From: Paramoeba atlantica | Lineage: Eukaryota > Protista > Discosea | Reading direction: 5' to 3' | Assembly (NCBI GenBank): GCA_977017575.1 | Contig: CDRNVI010000051.1 | Location: forward strand, 310,001-374,000 | DNA length: 64,000 nucleotides | In this document: one piece after another, positions 57,001 through 64,000 of the stretch | Layout: every line of letters starts with the position of its first letter | Numbering within the stretch: the stretch's first letter is position 1 | Program-made: the position numbers and the translations under genes | Notes under the pieces: generated by a model | Told to the model about the DNA's origin: nothing | Database searches by the model: none | What the model saw: the letters and a program-made list of their open reading frames with translations, nothing else

Positions 57001-57578
57001 ACCTCTTCTGAGAGTAGCGATAGGATTTGGAAGTTGTTCTCGCAGAGCCCTGGGGTCCGGGCGGCCCCTTCCATGGAGGAGATAAGGTCTTGTGTAAACG
57101 ACGACCAATGATCTGGCCATTCATGCTTTAGTATGTGAACAAGGACAACGTTTGCCTTGTTCAGCATTGTTTTTACCGATTTCTCAGCAGAAGAACTGTC
57201 CAAAGCACTTGAAATGCTCACAATAAAGTTCGAGACAAAGCTCCTTATAGCCTCGCGTTGATTAGCGGGAATTTGGTGCCATCGATGAACTACTACTTCA
57301 TCTAGAAGCTGGAGAGCAAAAAACCGTGTGTACGGACAAGTAGAGTGCTCGAGAATGTGGTCTACATGGTGCCACACTTCCGGTTCAGCCTTGTACGTCG
57401 TCAAGAAGGATTGTGCTTGTCGTACTTCTTCGGTCATAGACTGTCTTCTTTGGTGTGATTCATTGAGTGCTGCTCCTGCAGGGGACGTCAGGAAACTCTG
57501 TCCTTTGTACACCACACCAACAACCCCTTCGAGAAGAGGGAGATCTAATACTTGGGTGTTCTGCGTCAGTCGTTCCAT
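54033..57578 (-). CDS. XPO1: Exportin-1 / CRM1
   Basis: FKVCVEYW, MAKPEEVIIVEDEQGE, WRELNQLCWTVGAISGTM, LLELC...ASNIMYVVGQYPRFL, GVQDMAVDTFLK, YPDHRVQVFKL. Confidence 0.96.
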   Translation of the reverse strand: MERLTQNTQVLDLPLLEGVVGVVYKGQSFLTSPAGAALNESHQRRQSMTEEVRQAQSFLTTYKAEPEVWHHVDHILEHSTCPYTRFFALQLLDEVVVHRWHQIPANQREAIRSFVSNFIVSISSALDSSSAEKSVKTMLNKANVVLVHILKHEWPDHWSSFTQDLISSMEGAARTPGLCENNFQILSLLSEEVFNYENATMTQRMAERKKQALLQEYAQIMTTGLDALENSEDPRVLTSALQMLERYLSWVPPESLSSTPLVSLLGSRFLPVGLTRNSALRCLTEISSSSASSSSSSSGSTFSASTDAHHHHHQQQQMVLTLYRGVMRHVATLYPPDSAPSLLQTLHHAHESGSEEQRDFLHNLSLFLISLFTNHAGWLEAVPEETLGGHMYLVALTRLEDKENFKVCVEYWLHLCKRVYAEMHSATQNTHQRGEEGGPGGWGTFSFAQKRHQGRALLYREVFTALLPVLTGSMAKPEEVIIVEDEQGELTKEYLTDVETIDLYNTMRQTLVLLAHLNLKQIETLLLDNLEHIHFLARLDDNVVPERSAPQGTGEEEFGGQQPSDTEWTWRELNQLCWTVGAISGTMEEAHERTFFIRVIRILLELCDVTSGKENRAVIASNIMYVVGQYPRFLRSHYRFLTTVMNKLTEFMEETFPGVQDMAVDTFLKLARLCGTNLCEGSQENDFPYVLEFIQTKLPKVLPVLQSSHIYVLFEALGVIVGAAPEPVQEQTFIPELYRVIVSDWDSLVSSLQQGTVNILEPDVLRKLIYLLRCEVCAGKGLGHTFVHHVHNRRENLMDLYGKITSVINEQLKLRDANVIHTYPMKLLRGVRREILKVFAELCSSTRMPEPVARYLLPLVFDTILPEYKSSLPALRDAQLLTLLTTICERLRIFVGDNVSEICASAVEPTLQMISENMQDYPDHRVQVFKLMRALTKNCFDPFLRYAQESPMIMDGVLWSMKHTTSAVSGPGAEMLLEFLYRVSQSPLAAPFYVAYAITILTEVMVAMTDTLHKGDFAQHVKIIALILQVAPGAARIAADQDPETSSLGYIQQYLTTTLSTAFPNLTFTQVDRFVTALCGSHGTNLPALTALLRDFVIELKEWGPRDAQELALPGDSSSSSPNRGGVGGSPEVMGSRGETSPLGTAAQRGSAAVPSFLAAVPGFVVEKHSTTYAQQAQGDE

Positions 57579-57836
57579 GCTTTAGACGTCACTTCTGGAT
57601 TATAAAAAAAGGATATGGTTCCAGAAAAATTGGTAAAATATTTTTTTTATTGATAAAGTCTAATAATACAATCTGGTATTTTTACTATAATACTGTGCTT
57701 TACAACGAAGCGGAACGAAAAAGTACAAGGAGTGATGAAATGTCGTATATTTGGTTGATTCGTTTGGTTGGCTTCCTCTTGTTTACCTCACGTAACAGGG
57801 GTCTGGATACATCGGGGGGAGCGCTCAGATTGTATC

Positions 57837-58982
57837 CTACGTTTGTTTGGGAAAATTGTCACATGCTTTGCAACAAGACAGTACGACATCGTCTATCTGG
57901 GGCCGCATAGCCTTTTCTAGGGCTTCAGCGTACGGAACGGGAACTTCGACGCAGCCCACTCGACGAATTGGTGCATCCAGATAGTCAAAACCCTTACCTT
58001 CACAAACTCGAGCAACAATTTCCGATCCTACAGAACAGGAGGGCCAGTTTTCCTCCACAACTACAAGTCGATGAGTCTTTCTTAACGAGCTTTCAATTAG
58101 AGAAACATCCAGAGGCCTTAACCAGCGCAAGTTAATCACTTCCGCATCGATGCCATACTCCTCCCGCAACGCAGCGGCAGCCTCGAGACATATCCCAACG
58201 CCTCGAGAAAAACTCACAAGAGTGACATCCGAGCCCTCCCTCTCCACCTTGCCCGAGATCGAGGGCAGATCATCCATATTTGAAAAAGCTTCGTCCCGCG
58301 TAAACCGTTGTCCATACAACAACTCGTTCTCCAAAAAGACCACTGGCTCGTTGTGGCGTACGGCGCCTTTTAGCATCGTATAGGCGTCGTGTGCACTGTA
58401 TGGTGCCCCGACCCGTAGCCCAGGTATCGAGGCGTACAGCGCGCTGAGACAGTGGCTGTGCTGAGCACCGACACCACTGGCAATGCCATTCGGCCCACGA
58501 AACACAATCGGACACTGCAGCTGGCCTCCGCTCATGTAACGCCCTTTGGCGCAGGAGTTCACAATTTGGTCCAGTGCTTGGAAGGAAAAGCTCATGGACA
58601 TGAATTCCACGATTGGCCGGAGTCCCGCCCAGGCAGCTCCAATCGCCATTCCGGTGAACCCCTGCTCGGATATCGGGGTGTCAAACACACGTGGGGGACC
58701 GCCAAAGTGGTCGAACAGGCCGGCAGTTACTTTGTACGCTCCATTGTACTTACCGACCTCCTCGCCCAGGAGAAAAACTTTTCTGTCACGATCCATTTCC
58801 TCTCTCATGGCTTGGTTTAATGCTTCTCGAACTGTGATGAGCGCCTTAGATGGTTTGGAGTTCGCGGAGCTCGCTGATGCCGTTGCATACCATCTTTGTT
58901 TGTTTGGCGAAAACCGATTCCACAACGAAAGAGAACGTTTAGTGTGTTGGTACCCGAATGGTGCGAAATGAGTGCGAATCAT
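57837..58982 (-). CDS. PDHB: Mitochondrial pyruvate dehydrogenase E1 beta subunit
   Basis: TVREALNQAMREEM, GEEVGKYNGAYKVT, DTPISEQGFTG, VFRGPNG, GAQHS, EVINLRWLRPLD, YLDAPIRRV; N-terminal transit peptide. Confidence 0.95.
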   Translation of the reverse strand: MIRTHFAPFGYQHTKRSLSLWNRFSPNKQRWYATASASSANSKPSKALITVREALNQAMREEMDRDRKVFLLGEEVGKYNGAYKVTAGLFDHFGGPPRVFDTPISEQGFTGMAIGAAWAGLRPIVEFMSMSFSFQALDQIVNSCAKGRYMSGGQLQCPIVFRGPNGIASGVGAQHSHCLSALYASIPGLRVGAPYSAHDAYTMLKGAVRHNEPVVFLENELLYGQRFTRDEAFSNMDDLPSISGKVEREGSDVTLVSFSRGVGICLEAAAALREEYGIDAEVINLRWLRPLDVSLIESSLRKTHRLVVVEENWPSCSVGSEIVARVCEGKGFDYLDAPIRRVGCVEVPVPYAEALEKAMRPQIDDVVLSCCKACDNFPKQT

Positions 58983-59056
58983 ATTGTGCGTCTCCTCACA
59001 GTTTTGGCATCTGGTTTTTCAGAACATAAATATTTTGCCCAATCGTACGTTTTACG

Positions 59057-59640
59057 TTTTAACTTGTGTATTTGATTGGGCAGTTTATTGTAATGTACAG
59101 TACTGTATTCGTGGCAAAGACGACACTCCAAAATAAATGAGCACAAAATTGCCTCAACCAATGTGGAGTGACCAGATCGTGGTTTATTTATAAAAATATT
59201 TATAAATAAGACCTACTGTACTTACATTGAAGTGCTTACATGTGCAATGAATTTATTTTACTTCATGAAAATATTTCGTATAGCAAGTAGACATTGTCAG
59301 TTCCCCAAGCGTTCTCTTCAAAGAAATTACTCGGATATCCGCATCTGCAAGGATTTTCATCATGATAAGATACATTGGGTACATTTTAACTTGTGTATTT
59401 GATGGGCGGTACATTGTAATGTACATTATTGTATTCGTGGCAAAGAGGACACTCCAAAATAAATGAGCACAAAATTGCCATAACTAAAGTGGAGTGACCA
59501 GATAGTGGTTTATTTATAAAATTATTTCGCATAGCAAGTAGAAATTATCAGTTCCCCAAGCGTTCTCTTCAAAGAAATAACTCGGATATCCGCATCTGCA
59601 AGGATTTTCATCATGATAAGATACATTGGATACATTGGGT
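59057..59640. repeat. Diverged tandem duplication (59057-59383 and 59384-about 59640)
   Basis: ttttaacttgtgtatttgat...gacactccaaaataaatgagcacaaaattgcc...cagttccccaagcgttctcttcaaagaaa...gataagatacattgg occurs twice; unit 1 has about 70 extra bp. Confidence 0.9.
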
Positions 59641-59873
59641 ACATTGGAAGTGGAGATATGTAAAAGTTATACGAAATTTCATAAAAGATCGCTAAATGAT
59701 CAAAACAAGACTATACTTACATGTAAAAATACATGTACGCATGAAAAAAGAGCTTACTGTGGCAGAATCCCTACTCAAACAATCCGTAGGGTCAAACCTT
59801 CCAACGGAGCAACGGTTTCGCAATCAGTGCGGTAACTACAGACAGGCATGCTTCCCCTAAAGAGCGCAAAAAC

Positions 59874-60060
59874 GCAGATAAACAATATTTTCATGATCTC
59901 GCAAAGTTCGGTCATATTCGCCCTGAGCTGGTTTTCAATAACTTTTTCACCATGGACGAGTTTTTCTGCAAGATGGAGAACGAAAAGATGGACAACGAAA
60001 ACCATGACTGGGTGTTGGGACGTTCTGTGAAGGGAACTTACAGGACCTCGCATTGGTTTT
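59874..60060 (+). pseudogene. Possible pogo-like transposase fragment
   Basis: HIRPELVFNNFFTMDEFF resembles the IxPxxIfNxDET region. Confidence 0.3.
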
Positions 60061-60471
60061 ACTTGCATAGTTCTTGTATCTGCTGATGGCTCTTTTCATC
60101 ACGTTCATTTTCTTTGGAAGCGGGTAACAAGCGTAGTGCGCGTAAAAGCCTTGAACGAAGAGATGCTAGACGAACGGTCAAGTCAAGACCATACATGTAT
60201 ACTAGGAACTGGTTTCCAAGACGCTGAAATAAATGCCTCGTCACGATAAGTGACCATAGCCTAATTTTTGGTATATGAGGTCGTTTCAACTAATTATTGT
60301 AGCATCTTGCAGATCTCAATCCCTAATTTCTTGGGGTCACACCACATTGACACAATGCTCAACAACTGCACCTGGGGGTGCACTTACCAGTTTTCCGCCG
60401 TTTCAGCAGTTTCCTGAATACAGGCTTGGTACAAGCCTTCAGTCACGTTTTGACACTAGTAACTAATGCTA

Positions 60472-60970
60472 AACCACCGTACGGGTTATTATACCTAGTG
60501 ACACCGATTGTACCTCCAAGGTTTAATAGAAGTGTAAGAGTCCCTAGGGTCCTCATTATACCTCCCCCTACCGCTGAGCAACTTTACAGAGTCCAACGGG
60601 TGTCGTTACTGGATCTCTGATGTCCAAGCACGTGATATCTTTCATGAAGAGTCAAATTACCCCACTCTTGTCTAATGATGAAATATGCTTGAGTGTATGT
60701 GGTAGCGCCAGAGGACACTTGACCGATCTTGCAAAAAAAATAATGGGTGAATTTAGTTTATTGGGGGTCATACCCGGTGGTATGACACAATTTAACCAGG
60801 CCATTGATGAAAGCAACGCTGATAGACTTCGTCATGAGTACTCGGTAAACCATTATCAACCCTGGTTACAACAGGGGCACAGAAAGATCGGTGAAATTAA
60901 GGCAAATTTAGCCTTTTTTATTTCCAATTTCTGTAAAAACAAAATTGCCTTATTAATCACATTTTTATGA
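60472..60970 (+). mobile_element. Left end of the 11487-type TIR family followed by a pogo/DDE_1 transposase remnant
   Basis: TA|aaccaccgtacgggttattatacctagtgacacc; 60620-60970 reads SARGHLTD...VIPGGMTQFNQAIDESNADRLRHEY...W. Confidence 0.7.
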
Positions 60971-61074
60971 GATATCTTGCTTTGCTTAAGTATTTTTGGT
61001 ATTTTCTAATGCACTGTGTGGCGTGCTCGGTTTTCCTGTCAAAGAGGGCTCACTTTGAGCAAGGTTTCTCTCTG

Positions 61075-61930
61075 GACCGAGGAGGATTGTGTGTAGTGGT
61101 TGGAAAGTTACAGGAAAATCCACAAAACACCTCAGAGCATGAAGCTTATTAGTACAAAGTAGTGGTGCGGTAAGAAGTGCAACCGAAGGTACGTCGCACT
61201 AGGCCCACTGGTACCAGGTAGAGCCCACAGAAGTGCGAAGCAAATGATAAAATATCTCATACAGTATATTCAGGATGGACGGCATAAGGATGCAGGAGTG
61301 GAAGTGGAAGTGGGCCAGCAAACTATCGTATCATTACGACAGTGGTTAGATTCCCTTATGGCTACAGCTCGTGTTCGCCGACGCGCCAGGACAGTTCTTT
61401 AATTTCAACAATGTAATGTGATAAGACGTTCTTTTCCATACAAAAACGACACCGCGGACGACATGGTGCAATACGTGTGCGTAAGGGCGGGACGGAGGTC
61501 GCACAGACAATAGCTGCTACCACAAGGTCAAATAAGTTATTCCAAATTTTCATGGAAATGTTTCCCGATCGAACTTTCAGCACAATGGTCCCAAACATTT
61601 CGGAACTTGCTTCCGGTGGGCGTACGAGGACCGACAGGGGCACGGCACAACATTCAACTGGGGAACGATTACCAGTGGTAAAGTGTAAATCACCGTCGAC
61701 AGTGGGTGACACAGGAAGGTGTGCACACCAACACCATTGAGTATGCTATCTCAATGGCAAAGGAGCGATTGAAGCGTGAAGGGAGCGTTTTGGAAAGGAA
61801 ATCAGGTAGAAGAGCAGACGGAGTGCAAGCAATCGCCGAGAAGTGGAACGGGAGCCTCCTCAAGAAAGGAGGAAAAGTGATGCCGCGTGTTCTGCAGAAT
61901 TTGCAAGAACACTGCATTTATATTCATTTG
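61075..61930 (+). pseudogene. Merlin / IS1595 (ISXO2)-like DDE transposase pseudogene
   Basis: Ordered fragments across stops and frameshifts: TEEDCV*WL, WCGKKCNRRY, CDKTFFSIQKRHRGR, FPDRTFSTMVPNI...TRTD, Y..*SVNHRRQWVTQEGVHTNTIE. Confidence 0.75.
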
Positions 61931-62438
61931 TAGATCAAGTATGTTAAGGAAGCAGTAGTTATTAAAGGGGCAGTAAGGATTAAAGGGGAGATTTTCGGAA
62001 AGAAAAATGAATTTCTTTTGAAATTTCAGAAAAAGGCTAAATTTTGTTGGTTGAATTTAACCGAAAGATCGCATCAAACGCAGATGCAGAACTTATGTTG
62101 CGTTGGATGGGGCACGCACACTAAGAAATCCTATATAAAATTGACATTGTCAAGAGATTTGACCAGTTGGGGTATAGCAACCACGAAAACATTCGAGGGG
62201 CTGTCGGTGAGGACCAAGACGAGATCACGCGACATCACGTGAGATCATGCGAGAACTCTCTGTTAGAGCAATTTCGCCCAAAAGGACTCAGAAAAAAATA
62301 CTTAATTTTTCGTTGATTTCTTTTCTTGGTTTTTTTGAACCAGGCCAGACGTTTTTTCGATCAGACATGCCCCCTACCTCTAATGGTAAGACCCCCGAAA
62401 AACGTCCGAAATATGGGGGGAATCGGGTGTTTGGGTTA

Positions 62439-62505
62439 CTGTGACCCCCCCCTTTATTATGGACACTTTTTCAGCTTTTGTCCATAATAAAGGGTGGGGG
62501 GGGGG
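62439..62505. repeat. Mini hairpin element with a CTGTGACCC terminus
   Basis: TA|ctgtgacccccc, then ccctttattatggaca (62450-62465) inverted as tgtccataataaaggg (62479-62494); a related end lies at 62920. Confidence 0.65.
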
Positions 62506-62635
62506 TGATGAAAAGTGTGCGATTTTTTTTTATTTAATGTCGGTGTGGTAGGTGCATCGTAAAAAAGCGGTAGTTGTTGGTAAACCGGCTTCGCAAATAG
62601 CTTCCCACTAACGACGCCGCGTATGGCTGAAAATA

Positions 62636-62725
62636 TATCCGCCCGGAGTCGAACCTGCGACCACCAGATTATGAACGGCAGGTCTTACCAAAAGGACTAC
62701 CTGGGTTCGAGTCCCGCGACCTACG
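62636..62725 (-). other. Degenerate tRNA-Met(CAT)-like sequence with two opposed B-boxes
   Basis: Minus strand tagtccttttggtaagac ctgccg ttCATaa tctggtggtc gcagGTTCGACTCC; plus-strand GGTTCGAGTCC at 62704-62714; stems poorly paired. Confidence 0.4.
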
Positions 62726-63289
62726 TTTTTAAGCACCGTGATTTGTGCCCAAATCGAGGATAGAGGGGAGGGGCTGGACCCCCTTTTCTCACCCTGCTGG
62801 ATCCACCCTACCCCGGACACCATAAAAAAGGGAGAGTCAGAGGTTGTAAACAACCCACGCAATTTATTTTATTTTGAAATAAGTGTGCGCGCACACTTAT
62901 TATTCCGGAAACACACTTACTGTGACCCCCACCTTTAATAGAGACCCCCCCCTCATCCCCCCCTTTAATAGAGACAAAAGTTTGGGGAAATTTGTTTGGG
63001 GGGGATTTTTTTTGGCGAAAGCCGAGAAGAAAAATTGGAATGTTGCTTAAAATGGGGGGAAAAATACTTAGAATTCACTGAATCAATAATCTCTACCAAT
63101 GCTACCATCCACCGCATCCCTGGATTCTCCTGTGAAATTGAAAGATGGTATCCCCAACACAGTTCGTTCTGTGCGTGGGCCTCTAAGGTCCTGGATTATT
63201 ACAGAACCTCCAGCGCCACGAATCGGGTATCCGGCATTCGAAATAACAAATAATCCTCTTCAAATCACTGTCCGTGAAAAGAGAGACCG

Positions 63290-63420
63290 AGTAGAGTTAA
63301 GTATGTACGACAAGCGCAATATATGCCTGTCGAAATCACCGGTATCCAAGATACAGAGTAAGTACGGCCTCTCTCGAAGTGCCTTGTACAAAATACGCAA
63401 CCGGGGTGCGAAACATTATC
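63290..63420 (+). pseudogene. psq/CENP-B_N-type HTH fragment, pogo transposase N-terminus-like
   Basis: LSMYDKRNICLSKSPVSKIQSKYGLSRSALYKIRNRG. Confidence 0.5.
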
Positions 63421-64000
63421 AACATTTGATCAATCGTTCTATGGGCGGAAGCTGTAGAAATCGATGTTTTAATGCAAGAGGGGGGGATTATAATGACGCG
63501 GAGGCCATACCGTACAGTAAAGCAGCTGCTATGGAACGCGTACATCGAGCATGCGAGCAAGCTTGCTCCCTCTCGTCCCCTCTTACGCTTTAAATGCAGA
63601 CAATGTCAATGATTTTAACTCAAATCTTGACAAGGAGTGGAAGAAGTTCCGCGCTCCGAAGAGGTGCCTTACTACTCATGCCTTAGACTACCCATGTGAA
63701 AATGTATTATCGATATATCACAAATTGCCGAATGTGGACACTCACATGATGTTTTTAAACACGGGAAAAACGCGATTGATGTTGGGTTTGGGACGTAAAC
63801 CAACTCAACATATAACTTCTGTCCGCCGCATTATAGCAGTGATTATATTCAACGGCCATTTCATTCTTGTGCATTACCACAGATTGGGAATGACCATATT
63901 TGACAATTACCAGGCATTTTCTCCCACTGCCCGCCAGGACTACTTGGAAAGCTTGGCTTCTCACTTAAGGCCTATTATCGGCACCTCTGCAAGCAACGTA

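Noticed and set aside
62636-62725. Functional tRNA-Met gene
   Set aside because: Acceptor, anticodon and T stems do not pair; kept only as a tRNA-like relic.
1-64000. Non-standard genetic code or prokaryotic origin
   Set aside because: All housekeeping genes translate fully with the standard code and are eukaryote-specific (XPO1, RPF1, PIG-M, eS10); internal stops occur only in TE remnants.

Overview
Eukaryotic, intron-free DNA in which every recognisable host gene lies on the minus strand, often with a pyrimidine-rich tract upstream. This resembles a kinetoplastid-type polycistronic unit. The LRR style recalls Perkinsela-like organisms, but that assignment is inference. Host genes: UPF1-like helicase (missed by the ORF track, runs off the window start, no CH domain), PIG-M, RPF1, an RNase III-like protein, a small basic protein, proteasome beta5 (frameshifted propeptide), Bud32, RPS10, GFAT, XPO1/CRM1, PDH E1-beta and four distinct LRR genes, two of them duplicated. 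A near-identical 13.4-kb tandem duplication (27284-40687 / 40688-54100) creates an in-frame GFAT-XPO1 chimera at its junction. Intergenic DNA is packed with nested TE debris: Tc1, pogo-like, hAT-like, Merlin/IS1595-like, CRE/SLACS-like RT, a tentative DIRS/VIPER-like RT, TA-flanked TIR elements and MITEs. All protein assignments come from motif recognition by eye; no searches were run.
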